Shown here one piece after another: positions 1 to 10,162 of a DNA stretch of 64,000 nucleotides. The stretch comes from an uncultured Actinomycetota bacterium (GTDB lineage Bacteria; Actinomycetota; Actinomycetes; JAFAQI01): contig CAVYQE010000011.1 in NCBI GenBank assembly GCA_963770565.1, positions 544,001-608,000 on the forward strand. The letters run 5' to 3'. The notes below the pieces were generated by a model, which did not search any database, had not been told where the DNA came from, and was given only the letters and a program-made list of their open reading frames with translations. The stretch's first letter is position 1, and each line of letters starts with the position of its first letter. The position numbers were made by a program, and so were the translations under genes.

Positions 1-373
1 CAATGGCGTTGACACCGGTTCGGTCGTGGTGTTGAAGGGCCGGGTCACCAGCGAAGGCCCGCTGATCGGGCAGATCGGTAGCGGTGCGGCTGGGGAGGCG
101 GGAGTGCCCGTCACCTGCGAGCTTCCCGCCCATTCGACCTGCCGGGTGACCATCGGCGTGCATCGCTCAGGAAGCAAGCAGGTAATGGGACACGCGAAGC
201 CGAAGAACATCCAGGGCACCGATATCAGGACCATCACGGTTCACTTCAATGCGGCCTTCGAGCGGCTGCTCTCGAGGCCGAAGGGCGTGAAGGTTACGTT
301 CACGGTTCGCGAGACCTCTCATGGCAAGCTGAAGGCCTCCGGGAGTTCAACGGTCCAGTTCATCCCTGAATAG
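1..373 (+). CDS. Hypothetical protein, C-terminal part (5'-truncated by window edge)
   Basis: Frame open from nt 2 to TAA at 371-373; beta-rich, Lys-rich tail typical of secreted actinobacterial proteins. Confidence 0.6.
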   Translation, partial: NGVDTGSVVVLKGRVTSEGPLIGQIGSGAAGEAGVPVTCELPAHSTCRVTIGVHRSGSKQVMGHAKPKNIQGTDIRTITVHFNAAFERLLSRPKGVKVTFTVRETSHGKLKASGSSTVQFIPE

Positions 374-472
374 AGACAACGATCCGCACCGGAATCAGGT
401 GACTGGGTTACCGGTGATCAGTCTGGTTTGTCGGGTGTTCGCAATCGCCCGATGGGGCGTGGCGGAGTCGCC

Positions 473-679
473 CTACCGCCGCAGTAGCGGTGTCTCAGTG
501 GTCGCCGCTCGGCTGTCCGGGACCTCCACCGGGCCTTGCAAACGTGCCCGCCGCGGCGCTCGCATCAAGGCGCCGAGCCGTCGCCGCCGCGGCCGGTGGG
601 GAGGGCAGGGCGCGGCGCTGCAGGCCAGGCAGCGTTCACCGTCAGGGCCCAGCAACGCGCCGCAGTACGAGCAGAACAT
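473..679 (-). CDS. Small zinc-ribbon protein
   Basis: N-terminal MFCSYCG-x9-CLAC (two CxxC pairs). Confidence 0.5.
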   Translation of the reverse strand: MFCSYCGALLGPDGERCLACSAAPCPPHRPRRRRLGALMRAPRRARLQGPVEVPDSRAATTETPLLRR

Positions 680-879
680 GCCGATGACGTCGACCTGACC
701 GGCAGGCCTCTGATCACCCGGATGGGCGAGCGCCCATACCTCCCGGGAGCCGCGGGAGCTTGAGTCGAGCCCCGCAGACCACGGGCGACTCGGCTTCAGC
801 GGACAAAGAACCGCCCCCGCTGGGGGAGAGTCCTGCGGGGGCGGTGTGCCCGGTTAGCACTTCGTGCTTCGAACAGGCG

Positions 880-1155
880 CTAGCCGGCGCAGCTGTGGAG
901 CGGCTGATCCAGGTGGCACATCGCCGACTGGTCCCTCCGGTATGCCCGGAGGGCATCCTCCGCGCGCTCGAGGTGGGCGAGGGCGAGCTCCTGCATCAGG
1001 TTGAGCTGCACGGACCGGACCGTCTCGCCTGAGTGCAGTCGGTCGAAGACCATGTGGCGTGCCCGCCGGTATGCCCGTTCCACATCGTCCAAGAGCATGT
1101 CCAGCTCGGGGCGGAGCGACGGCTGGTCGGGGAAGCTGAATTCCGTCCGGTTCAT
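880..1155 (-). CDS. Hypothetical helical protein
   Basis: ATG preceded by AGAGG; protein-like composition; no family recognised. Confidence 0.55.
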   Translation of the reverse strand: MNRTEFSFPDQPSLRPELDMLLDDVERAYRRARHMVFDRLHSGETVRSVQLNLMQELALAHLERAEDALRAYRRDQSAMCHLDQPLHSCAG

Positions 1156-1532
1156 GCCTCTAACTGTCGGCGTCGATGAGTCTGCGCGCCACCGCCAAAA
1201 GTCCTGAACGGGACGGGACCTCTGACATCGGTTGGATGGTGACAGGAACGGTGGTCCAGGCCGATCGGCGCCGATGCCAGCCGTTGATGACGGTGGTCGC
1301 CGCGCGCGCCGGGATTCCGGCGCGGTTCCTGGCCGCCACGGTGATCTGGTGCATCCCGCGCCTCGCGACCGGCTGTACCGTGTTGGTCCCCTGGCGCTTC
1401 AAGGGTGCAGGTGCGGTCGCCGGGAATGCGGCCGAACGGGTGAGACCGCGGCGACGAGCAACGTCGCTGGGCGCCCGATGTCAGATTGGTTGATGGCGTT
1501 GGCGGTCGGCGGCGCCCAATCCGGGAGGAATC

Positions 1533-2066
1533 GTGCGAATCAGTACTGCCAAGTCGGCGCCGATGATGGCGGTGGCCGTGGTCGGCCTCGTCGTCGGGCT
1601 TGCGCTGCCGGCCGCGGCACGCGAGACCAAGTTGATCATCAGCGGTAGCCAGATCAAGGCGAACACCGTGACCGGGAAGCAGGTCAAGGAGTCGACCCTG
1701 GCCACCGTGCCCAAGGCGACGCTGGCGACCAAGCTCCCACCCCTGGTCTGGCACCCGCTCGCGCTCGATGCTCCCTGGAAGAGTGTCGGATTCACGAACT
1801 TCGCTGCCGGGTACGCCGTCGACGCCCAAGGCATCGTGCACCTTCGCGGTGCGATCACCGGAGGCGAGGAGAACCAGGATGCATTCACCTTGCCGGCCGA
1901 TTTGACCCCGTCGTTCCTGAAGGTCCCGGTCCAGTGCACGGCGGGCGTCGGATTCCTCGAGATCAACGAAGACGGCGACCACGCCGTAAAGGTGGAGAGC
2001 CAGGAAGAGACCGAGGACGGTGGCAACCAGTACACCGATCTCGATGGTGTGACGTTCGCATCTTGA
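1533..2066 (+). CDS. Secreted hypothetical protein
   Basis: GGGAGGA RBS before GTG; hydrophobic signal peptide ending PAAA; ISGSQIKANTVTGKQVKESTL segment; C-terminal beta domain. Confidence 0.75.
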   Translation: MRISTAKSAPMMAVAVVGLVVGLALPAAARETKLIISGSQIKANTVTGKQVKESTLATVPKATLATKLPPLVWHPLALDAPWKSVGFTNFAAGYAVDAQGIVHLRGAITGGEENQDAFTLPADLTPSFLKVPVQCTAGVGFLEINEDGDHAVKVESQEETEDGGNQYTDLDGVTFAS

Positions 2067-2188
2067 CTCATTGAGTGCTCGCCGATCGTTGCAGGCGCCG
2101 GATCGACTGCAACACCATTGCAACGGGCGCTGACAACGTGAGTGTGCGCGATCATTGTGTACGGAACGCGACGCTCAGGGGGCAACGG

Positions 2189-3184
2189 ATGCATCAGATC
2201 AGGGTTGCTGCGGTTCAGACCGCGCCGGTCCTGCTGGACCGGGACGCGACGATCGACCGGGTGGAGCAATGGGCCGAGAAGGCGGCCGCTGAAGGCGCGG
2301 GCCTGGTCGCGTTCCCCGAGGCGTTCATTCCCGGCTATCCGGACTGGGTGTGGCGGACCCGGCCGTGGGACGCCAATGCCACCGCCTGTTACGCGCGACT
2401 GCTCGACCAGGCGCTCGTCGTCGGCTCACCGGCGTGCGACCGGCTCGGGCGGATCGCAGCCCGGCTCGGGATCTGGCTGTCGGTGGGAGCCGACGAGCGC
2501 GATCCGGACGGCTCAACGATCTACAACTCGTTGCTGCACTTCGCGCCGGACGGATCCCTGGCGGCCAGGCATCGCAAGCTCATGCCGACCGGTGGCGAGC
2601 GGCTGGTGTGGGGGATGGGTGATGGCTCGACCGTGCGGGTCGTCGACACCGACTTCGGCCGGCTCGGCGGGCTGATCTGCTGGGAGAACTACATGCCCTT
2701 GGCCCGGACCGCGCTATATGCCCAAGGGATCGACGTCTACCTCGCCCCGACCTGGGACAACTCAGACGAGTGGGTGCCGACCCTGCGCCACATCGCCAAG
2801 GAGGGGCGCACCTTCGTGATCGGCATCACCGCCTGCATTTCGGCGGCCGATGTCCCGGCGGATCTACCCGGACGCGACGAGCTGTACGCCGATCCCGCCG
2901 GGTGGCTCTCCCGCGGCAACTCGGCGATCGTCGGACCTGATGGTCAGCTTCTGGCCGGTCCGCTGATCGGGGAGCCGGGCGTCTTGTATGCCGACATCGA
3001 TGTGTCACTCGCCCGGGTGGCGCGTCAGGAGTTCGACCCGGTCGGCCACTACAGCCGCAGCGACGTGTTCCGCCTGGTGCTTGACGAGACACCGCGCACG
3101 GCGGTGACCGTCGTCGGCTCCGATCACGGGAGCGAGTCGTCCGTCTCGCCCTTCGTGCCGCCGGCCTCGGCTACTCCGGGCTGA
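2189..3184 (+). CDS. Nitrilase / carbon-nitrogen hydrolase family protein
   Basis: Catalytic E-K-C motifs FPEAFIPGYP, RHRKLMPT, LICWENYMP; C-terminal FDPVGHYSR; start set at MHQIRVAAVQ. Confidence 0.93.
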   Translation: MHQIRVAAVQTAPVLLDRDATIDRVEQWAEKAAAEGAGLVAFPEAFIPGYPDWVWRTRPWDANATACYARLLDQALVVGSPACDRLGRIAARLGIWLSVGADERDPDGSTIYNSLLHFAPDGSLAARHRKLMPTGGERLVWGMGDGSTVRVVDTDFGRLGGLICWENYMPLARTALYAQGIDVYLAPTWDNSDEWVPTLRHIAKEGRTFVIGITACISAADVPADLPGRDELYADPAGWLSRGNSAIVGPDGQLLAGPLIGEPGVLYADIDVSLARVARQEFDPVGHYSRSDVFRLVLDETPRTAVTVVGSDHGSESSVSPFVPPASATPG

Positions 3185-3237
3185 CCGTCGTCCCCACCCG
3201 TCGGTGGCCTTGCTGCACAGCGTTGACTGGCGCCGGC

Positions 3238-4176
3238 TCAGATCCGGCGGTAGTCCTGGCGGGACAGCCGCGGGCCTCGCCGCGGCGGCAGGCTGCCGGG
3301 AGTGAGCTCCAGCAGCCGTACGACGCGGAACCGGTGCGGCCGCCACGGCTCGTAGAACGCCTCGACGTCGTCCTCGTCGAGGGCGGTCCCGGTCAGCGCC
3401 CAGCCGGTCATCGCGGCCAGGTGGTAGTCACCGATCGGCAGGGCGTCGGCATCCCCGAGTGCGCGATGGCCGACTTGCGCCGCGGTCCACGGCCCCACTC
3501 CGGGGATCGCGAGCAGCAGCCGGTAGACCGCGCCCGGATCCGTCGCGGGGTCGGCGGCAACCCGTTCGAGCTTCGCGGCGTACCGGGCGCAGGCCAGTGC
3601 CGTCGTCGCGTGGCGCTGGTCGACGCCGGCCTTGTGCCACTCCCATGACGGCACTGCCAGCCACTGCTCGGCGGTGGGCGGCAGTCGCATGCCGCTCGGC
3701 ACCGGCCCGGGCGCCGGCTCGCCGAACCGGCTGACCAGCCGTCGCCACGCCGCCGCTGCGTCGATGCCGAGCACCTTCTGCTCGAGCACGGCGGGGATCA
3801 GCGCTTCCAGCACCCGGCCGGTGGCGGGGATCCGAAGTCCGCCGAGTCGGGCGTGCGCGCGGTGCAGCAGCGGATGTCGGGGCTCGAAGCTGTCGGGGTC
3901 GTCGCGCGCGCCGAGCAGGTCGGGAACTGCAGCGATCAACTCGGCGGCGCCCGGCCCCCACGCGGTCGCCGCCACTTCCCGCTGGCCAGGCTGGGTGATC
4001 CGATAGCTGACCGGGCCGGTTGGCATCCGGCTCGTACGCCACACCGCGCCGTCGGGGGTTTCGCGGTGGCGCGGGTCACCGCGATGGTGCCCGAGCAACG
4101 ACAGCGTGAGCCGGGCGTCGACCGGGTACGCCGGCCGCCAGACCGTGCTGATCTCCGGCTCGGCGACGACGGTCAC
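3238..4176 (-). CDS. DNA-3-methyladenine glycosylase II family (AlkA-like, HhH-GPD)
   Basis: HhH motif LLAIPGVGPWTA followed by ALPIGDYHL; AVLEQKV. Confidence 0.9.
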   Translation of the reverse strand: MTVVAEPEISTVWRPAYPVDARLTLSLLGHHRGDPRHRETPDGAVWRTSRMPTGPVSYRITQPGQREVAATAWGPGAAELIAAVPDLLGARDDPDSFEPRHPLLHRAHARLGGLRIPATGRVLEALIPAVLEQKVLGIDAAAAWRRLVSRFGEPAPGPVPSGMRLPPTAEQWLAVPSWEWHKAGVDQRHATTALACARYAAKLERVAADPATDPGAVYRLLLAIPGVGPWTAAQVGHRALGDADALPIGDYHLAAMTGWALTGTALDEDDVEAFYEPWRPHRFRVVRLLELTPGSLPPRRGPRLSRQDYRRI

Positions 4177-4277
4177 GCCGCCAGCCTGTCATCCGGCTGC
4201 GACCGGCGGTCCGGCTACTGTCGAGGAGTGCGCCCGCCGACCCCGCCCCGGCCGTTGACTGCACCGGCGGCGGGTCG

Positions 4278-4928
4278 ATGACGTCGGACCTCGCCGGTGG
4301 CGCGGAGGACTCCGAGGACTCCGATCTGGGCATCGCTCCGACTCCGTCGCCGTATCCGGCGTCGGCGACTGCGCAGTGGTGGGACGAGGCGCAGCGACCG
4401 TCGCGGGCGCCGTCGGCCGCGTCGTACACCGAGCTCGGCCGGGCGGTCGGCCAGCATCTGATCGATGTCCACGACCACTTGCGGGCCGAGCTCCGCCAGC
4501 TCCGCGAGCTGGTCGAACAGCTTCGGGTCGGCGCCGTCGATGCGGCGCAGGCCCGTAACTTCATCGCGCAGATGACGATCCGGCAGAACAACTGGACCGT
4601 CGGCGCCTACTGCGCGTCGTACTGCCGGATCCTGACCCAGCACCACAGCATGGAAGACATCGCGGTGTTCCCGCACCTGCGATCCGCCGACCCGAAGCTT
4701 GCTCCGGTGCTCGACCGCTTGGCCGAGGAACACCTGGTCATCCACGGTGTGCTCGAGACGGTCGATCGGGCTTTTGTGGACTTCCTTGCTCAACCGGGCG
4801 ATTTCGCCGCAATCGATGCCGCCTTGCATGCACTCGATTGCACCCTGCTGTCGCATCTGTCCTACGAGGAGGGGCAACTCGTCGAGCCGCTTGCCCGGCT
4901 CGGCTTCTACCCCGACCAGGTGACCTGA
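4278..4928 (+). CDS. Hemerythrin domain-containing protein
   Basis: HDHLR, HHSMED..VFP, EEHLVI, HLSYEE iron-ligand pattern. Confidence 0.85.
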   Translation: MTSDLAGGAEDSEDSDLGIAPTPSPYPASATAQWWDEAQRPSRAPSAASYTELGRAVGQHLIDVHDHLRAELRQLRELVEQLRVGAVDAAQARNFIAQMTIRQNNWTVGAYCASYCRILTQHHSMEDIAVFPHLRSADPKLAPVLDRLAEEHLVIHGVLETVDRAFVDFLAQPGDFAAIDAALHALDCTLLSHLSYEEGQLVEPLARLGFYPDQVT

Positions 4929-5048
4929 TCGGCCCAGTCTGGACCGACCATCTGGCCTAGTGCTACCGTTTTTCTGCCCACCAAAAAGAGTAACTGCCGG
5001 TTCCTCAGCGTCCGCAATCGCGGGCGCTGGCGTCTACTCCGAGGTGTC

Positions 5049-5282
5049 ATGGCTGTCGGGTTCGCATTTACCTCACGAGCAGCAGAGTTGCTGAACCTCG
5101 TCATCGAGCGGCTAGAGGCCGAGTTCCCGTCGATGCCGCGCGGTCAGGTCGAGCGCTGCGTGGGCTTCGCGCGTGAATCGGCAAACACGACCGCGACCGA
5201 TCTCGGCGCCTACGCCAACATCGTCGAGGCCCTGGCCCGCGACTATCTGGAGAAGCTCCAGGCGGTCCACGGCAAGGGGTGA
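5049..5282 (+). CDS. Small three-helix-bundle-type protein (DUF3562-like)
   Basis: VIERLEAEFP..V..CV..AR...IVEALARDYL pattern; GAGGTG RBS. Confidence 0.6.
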   Translation: MAVGFAFTSRAAELLNLVIERLEAEFPSMPRGQVERCVGFARESANTTATDLGAYANIVEALARDYLEKLQAVHGKG

Positions 5283-5339
5283 CCGGGCCGCCGATCGCGC
5301 CCCGCCTGCGATCGGCCGAGAAGTGCCACACTGTGCCGC

Positions 5340-5705
5340 GTGAACGAGTTGCCGCCTGAGCTTGCCGACGAAGCACAGCGCCGGCTCCGCGCAACCCGAG
5401 CACTCGACATGCGCAACAACCGGTACGGCGCGGCGTCGGCGTACATCGCGTGGGCGCTGGAGATCCTGCTCGAGCTCGACCCACTCGACACCGCGGTCCT
5501 GCTCGCCGACGGCGCAACGCTCGACTCGGTCCTGGCCCCGCATGTCCCGGTGGCCGAAGCTGACCTCGACCGGCTACGGGCCGAGGTGCGGCAGATGTAT
5601 GCCGGCCTCGAGGCGACCGCCGACCCGTCGCGACGCTCGGTCGAGGCGGTCCACAACATCGGACTGGCCTTGAGCCTGATCGAACAGACCCTGTTGCCGG
5701 AGTAG
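5340..5705 (+). CDS. Hypothetical protein
   Basis: Helical composition, GC3-rich codons. Confidence 0.65.
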   Translation: MNELPPELADEAQRRLRATRALDMRNNRYGAASAYIAWALEILLELDPLDTAVLLADGATLDSVLAPHVPVAEADLDRLRAEVRQMYAGLEATADPSRRSVEAVHNIGLALSLIEQTLLPE

Positions 5706-5760
5706 CGGTCTGGTCGATCACGGCCTGCGCGCGACGACTTCCGCGGTGCAAACTGGTGGT

Positions 5761-6240
5761 ATGGCTCGCCGGGAGGACGATGCGTCCACGGCGAAGGCGA
5801 CTGCCCTGTTGCGATCGGCCGGTCAGCGGGTGACGAAGCCTCGGGTGGCCTTGCTGGCCTGCGTGGTCGCGGCCGGCGGCGATCACCTGTCTGCGGACGC
5901 GTTGCTCGACCAGGTGGCCGGCAGCGATCCGCCGATCCATCGGGCCACCGTCTATCGCACGCTCGAAGGGCTGACCGCGGCCGGCGTTCTGCGGCACGTG
6001 CACCTCGATCGCGGTCTCACGGCGTACCACCTGGCGGACGCTCGGCAGCTGGCCAACCACGGCCGGCCCGAGCATCTACACGCGCAGTGCTCGCAGTGTG
6101 GTCAGGTCACCGATCTCCCCGCCCACGTCCTGGGGGACACCGCTGCCCGGATCCGCCGGGTCAGCGGGTTCCGGCTCGACGCGAGCCACGTCGCGCTGTC
6201 CGGCCGCTGCCGTAACTGCGCCGAAGCCGGCACCCACTAG
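5761..6240 (+). CDS. Fur family transcriptional regulator
   Basis: GQRVTKPR, HRATVYRTL helix, HLHAQCSQCG and C-terminal CRNC zinc site. Confidence 0.92.
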   Translation: MARREDDASTAKATALLRSAGQRVTKPRVALLACVVAAGGDHLSADALLDQVAGSDPPIHRATVYRTLEGLTAAGVLRHVHLDRGLTAYHLADARQLANHGRPEHLHAQCSQCGQVTDLPAHVLGDTAARIRRVSGFRLDASHVALSGRCRNCAEAGTH

Positions 6241-6345
6241 CGACCGGGTGATCTCTCGTTCGTCGGGCAACACAACGGCCGACCCTCCGATACTCTGACC
6301 CCTCCTCGGATCGAGCCGTCGAAGCCCGGCGGCGGAGAGGCAGCG

Positions 6346-8163
6346 ATGTCGCGTCGCGTGTCGAAGGCATCCCGCACCCTAGCCACCCTCGCGGTCGCGA
6401 CCGTCGTACCTGCGGCGTTCGCGGGTGCGCTCGGATCGGCGACCGCCGCTCCGCTCGGTCACGCTCACGCCGGCCGGACCTTCGTCGTCACCACGACGGC
6501 TGACAGCGTCGACGCCGACGTCGGTACGCCGAAATGCGCGGACGCGCACGGCAAGTGCTCGCTGCGGGCGGCGATCATGCAGGCGAACTTCGACGCAGGC
6601 CCTGACACCATCAAGGTCCCGGCCGGCACATACCGGCTGACCCGCAAGGGCCTCGACGATCTGGACGTGCTCGGTGACCTGGACATCGCTCATTCGCTGA
6701 CGTTGCAAGGTGCCGGCGCCGCCAAGACGATCATCGACGGCAACGGCAAAGTCACCGGCGACCGCGTCCTGCAGGTCCTCGGGACCGCAACCGACGTGAC
6801 GATCACCGGTGTCACGATTCGCGGCGGAACCGCACTGGACGGGACCTTCGACGAAGGCGGCGGCCTGGACTGGGCGGGGCAGGGCGGCAACAAGCTTGTC
6901 ATGACCCATGTGGTGGTGACGGGTAACCAGGCCTACTACGACGCCGGGTTGGCGCTCACCTTCAGCAACGACGAAGACATTGCGACCTTGACCGACCTGA
7001 CCGTGCAGGACAACCACGCGACTTCGGCAGCCGGGGGAGTCGGAGTGCACGTCGGCACTCAGGGAACGTTCCTGATGCGCGACAGCCTGGTCGTGGCCAA
7101 CCGGGCGTACGAGGGCGCGGGTATCTACCTCGATAGCAACGGTCCCTCCGATGCCAAATCGATCCAGATCCGGCACACCGTGGTCGCGTCCAATCAGGCC
7201 TCCGGGCTGTCCGGTGGTATGGAGAACCATGCCGGTTATGGCGGGAAACCGGTACTAATCGTCGGCACCTACTTCCACGACAACACCGCCAAATATCAGG
7301 GCGGCGGGATCGGGAACTATGGCAATCTCCATCTGAACAGCTCGACGGTCGAGGCCAACTCCTCCGGCCTGGGTGGCGGGATGTATGACTACGAAGGTGG
7401 CCTCGCGACGCTGACCAACGACACGCTCGCCGCCAACTCGGCCACGTCGGAGGGCGGAGCGGTCTACGTCGAGTTCTTCATTCACGGAATGGCCGACGTC
7501 GCGTTCCGGAGCTCGACATTGAGCGGCAATTCGGCCCCGACCGGTGGCGGTGTCTTCGTCGATCCGGCCGGCGCCCGCGCGTCGTTCGCGAATACGATCA
7601 TCGCCAAGGGCACCGGTGCCAACTGCAACGAGAACCTAGCCGGATTGACCAGTCTTTCGGACGACAGCTCGTGTGGCTTCGGGGCGGGCGATGGGATTGC
7701 GAACCTCGGGCTCGGCCCGATCGGCGCCCACGGCGGCTTCACCAGAACGCTGGTTCCCAAGGTCGGGAGCCCGGCTCTGGACGTCGGGACCGCGGCTGGC
7801 GCACCGGCGACCGATCAGCGCGGGATCACCCGGCCGCTGGGAACCGGGGTGGATATCGGCGCGGTCGAGGTCTGCCCGCTTGCGCCGGGAGTGCCGGTCC
7901 GGGTGGCTCCGCTCGGCGCTGCCAAGGGTCCACGCCTCACCCTCGACTGGAAAAACGTCGCGTGCATCCAGACGTACTCCGTCGTGATCAGGGCCAAGTC
8001 GACGAAGGGCAAGATCGTGCAGTCGAAGAGCGGATTGCTGACTTCGACGTTCCGTACGAAGAAGTTGGGCAAGGGCAAGACGTACTTCTGGCGGGTCAGC
8101 GCGATCGGCGACCGGGGGACCACGGTCTCCGGCTGGCACCGCGTACGGGTGAAGTTGCACTGA
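6346..8163 (+). CDS. Secreted CSLREA / choice-of-anchor Q beta-helix protein with C-terminal FN3-like domain
   Basis: Signal peptide; CSLRAAI motif; GG(G/A)I..N..A repeats; GSPALDVG...DQRG..R...DIGAVE; YFWRVSA. Confidence 0.85.
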   Translation: MSRRVSKASRTLATLAVATVVPAAFAGALGSATAAPLGHAHAGRTFVVTTTADSVDADVGTPKCADAHGKCSLRAAIMQANFDAGPDTIKVPAGTYRLTRKGLDDLDVLGDLDIAHSLTLQGAGAAKTIIDGNGKVTGDRVLQVLGTATDVTITGVTIRGGTALDGTFDEGGGLDWAGQGGNKLVMTHVVVTGNQAYYDAGLALTFSNDEDIATLTDLTVQDNHATSAAGGVGVHVGTQGTFLMRDSLVVANRAYEGAGIYLDSNGPSDAKSIQIRHTVVASNQASGLSGGMENHAGYGGKPVLIVGTYFHDNTAKYQGGGIGNYGNLHLNSSTVEANSSGLGGGMYDYEGGLATLTNDTLAANSATSEGGAVYVEFFIHGMADVAFRSSTLSGNSAPTGGGVFVDPAGARASFANTIIAKGTGANCNENLAGLTSLSDDSSCGFGAGDGIANLGLGPIGAHGGFTRTLVPKVGSPALDVGTAAGAPATDQRGITRPLGTGVDIGAVEVCPLAPGVPVRVAPLGAAKGPRLTLDWKNVACIQTYSVVIRAKSTKGKIVQSKSGLLTSTFRTKKLGKGKTYFWRVSAIGDRGTTVSGWHRVRVKLH

Positions 8164-8164
8164 C

Positions 8165-8249
8165 CCAAGCAATGTCACATTGCCCCGCACTTCGTGGGGG
8201 CAATGTCACATCACCCCCGGAAACAGCTGGGCAATGTGACATTGCTTGG
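8165..8249. repeat. REP-like palindromic element (family C) between convergent genes
   Basis: Perfect 21-bp inverted repeat CCAAGCAATGTCACATTGCCC at 8165-8185 / 8229-8249; third internal GCAATGTCACAT copy at 8200-8211. Confidence 0.8.
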
Positions 8250-8262
8250 AAACTGACGGGGG

Positions 8263-8853
8263 CTAGTCGACGTTCGCCGAGAGCCACGCGCCGAGGGCCA
8301 CCGCGCTTCGCTCGATCGTCTCGGCCCACGACAGTGCACCGGCGTCGGCGTTGTCGCTGACGTGCTTGACCAGTCGGCACCGCACGCCGGCTTGTCGGCA
8401 GGCCCAGGCGACCGCGAAACCCTCCATGTCGACGAGCGCTGCACGCGGCGCGAGCGCGGCCCGCTCGTGCGGGTCGGCGATGAACGAGTCACCGGTCGCG
8501 AGGACGACATCGTCGCCGCCGGGAATCTCGATCCGGTCGGTGATGTCGACGCCCAGGCTGCGGATGAGCTCGGCGGACAGGTCGTGGTTGATGACCGCAC
8601 CGGGTAGGTGCAGTCCGTCGAGACCGTCATGAAGCGCCCCCGCCGACCCGATGTTGACGACGGTGACCTGCGCATCGCGGTCGGGCCGGTCGGCCAGCGC
8701 GTGCGCGACCGCGGCAGCAGCCGCGACCTTGCCGATCCCGGTCAGCAACAGCGGTAGGCCGGCCGGCACGTAGCGTGCCTCCGCGGCGGTCGCCGCCACG
8801 ACGAGTACGTCGTCGCGCGCCTCGCCGCTGCCGGTGCCATACCCGCCGCCCAC
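8263..8853 (-). CDS. Nucleosidase (MTA/SAH nucleosidase, PNP_UDP_1 family)
   Basis: TGIGKVAAA, NIGSAGAL, LATGDSFI, VDMEGFAVA, KHVSDNAD motifs; start uncertain. Confidence 0.88.
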   Translation of the reverse strand: MGGGYGTGSGEARDDVLVVAATAAEARYVPAGLPLLLTGIGKVAAAAAVAHALADRPDRDAQVTVVNIGSAGALHDGLDGLHLPGAVINHDLSAELIRSLGVDITDRIEIPGGDDVVLATGDSFIADPHERAALAPRAALVDMEGFAVAWACRQAGVRCRLVKHVSDNADAGALSWAETIERSAVALGAWLSANVD

Positions 8854-9040
8854 GAGCCGAGCCTACGAGCGCCTCTCCGGTTCGACGACCCGCAGTCGGG
8901 TGAGTAACTCGATATTCCATAGTGGATTACACAAAAATGCTCGGCACGCTGCGATCGAAGGTGCCTCGGGGGCGTCCCTCCCAGTGAACAACTTCGCGAT
9001 CGACCTGGCGAGATTGACCCGCCAGCCCGCCGGGTCGCGC

Positions 9041-9554
9041 TCAGACCACGACCGTCGAAGCGGACGGAGCATCGAGCAGTGATTTAGCCATTCAGGCCAG
9101 CACGACGCGGTACCCAAGCGAGTCGTACAAGTGTCGGGCGACTGCGTTGAATTCGAAGACGCTGAGCCCTAGTTCCGTGTACCCCGCGTCACGAGCAACA
9201 CGCTCGGCCGAGCATCGCGGCCCTGCCCAGACCACGACCGCGGTGGCTCTCATAGACCTCGATGTCCTGGACGTACGCCGCCGCTGCGCGGTCCGGATCG
9301 GCGCGAATCCAAAGGGTTCCGGCCTCAGCACCTTGCTCATCGAGGATCATCAACAGCCAGGTGCGCTCGGTGTTCACGCCGTCTGGCAAGAGCTGGTGCA
9401 GCTGCTGCTGAGCGCGTTCTCGGGTGACATCGACGGAGTTGCCGGTGGCGCGGGCGAGGTCGTCGGCGTACGACGTGACTGCCCTCACAGACCAGATCTC
9501 GAACTCCTCGCCGGTCATCGGCCGGACCATCGCAGGTTGCGCCGCGCCCGTCAC
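9041..9554 (-). pseudogene. GNAT N-acetyltransferase, disrupted (frameshift near 9210, in-frame TGA at 9092-9094)
   Basis: HRGRGLGRAAML continues as AERVARDAGYTELGLSVFEFNAVARHLYDSLGY in another frame; MAKSL continues in frame after the TGA. Confidence 0.75.
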
Positions 9555-9765
9555 GCCGGCTCCCAGTGCGCCAGCCATCGTGGCCCGATGACCGGAAGCC
9601 CCTGCTCGAATCTCCGTGCGCGCCCCGCATCGCCACGCGTCAACACCTGCTCATCATGACCATGATCGAGCGGGTTGGACAGGACCATGTTTCCCGTAGA
9701 GCGCATGTCGAGGCCTGCCAGTGTGGGCGGCGCCGGCTCCACCTGGTGACTGAAGGGCTTCTCGC

Positions 9766-10074
9766 TCAGTTGGTCGGGCGGTCGACGGCGTACCCGGGTC
9801 GAGTGCCTTCACCCGGTTGCTCCGCCGACGACCGCTCCCACCCGGCAAGCCGTACGAGGCCCGAGCTCTGTTGCGGGTCATCGATGCACACCCACGCGAC
9901 GTAAGTGCGGCCCGTTCGTCTGGCCTCGTCGTCCGCCCAGGTCAGCACCTCGGGAATGTCGGCCTCGGTGATCTCGTACTCGTCGGATCTCCCGCGCTCC
10001 CAGAAGTAAACGCGGTAGGTGGCCGAGTGTTGCTCCCAGCTCGTGTCCCGCGGATCGACGCCTGCAATGTTCAT
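9766..10074 (-). CDS. Hypothetical protein (VDPRDxxWE...YRVYFW type)
   Basis: C-terminal 102 aa of the long ORF is protein-like; ATG at 10074. Confidence 0.7.
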   Translation of the reverse strand: MNIAGVDPRDTSWEQHSATYRVYFWERGRSDEYEITEADIPEVLTWADDEARRTGRTYVAWVCIDDPQQSSGLVRLAGWERSSAEQPGEGTRPGYAVDRPTN

Positions 10075-10162
10075 CGCGGAAGTATCGCGCCAGCCCAGTC
10101 GCACGGACCCGGAGGACCAATGACTCTGGTCGCGCAACAGGGGCGACCGCACAATTCGTGAC

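Noticed and set aside
9092-9094. Selenocysteine or readthrough TGA in the GNAT gene
   Set aside because: Not a Cys-type position, no clear SECIS, and the gene also has a frameshift
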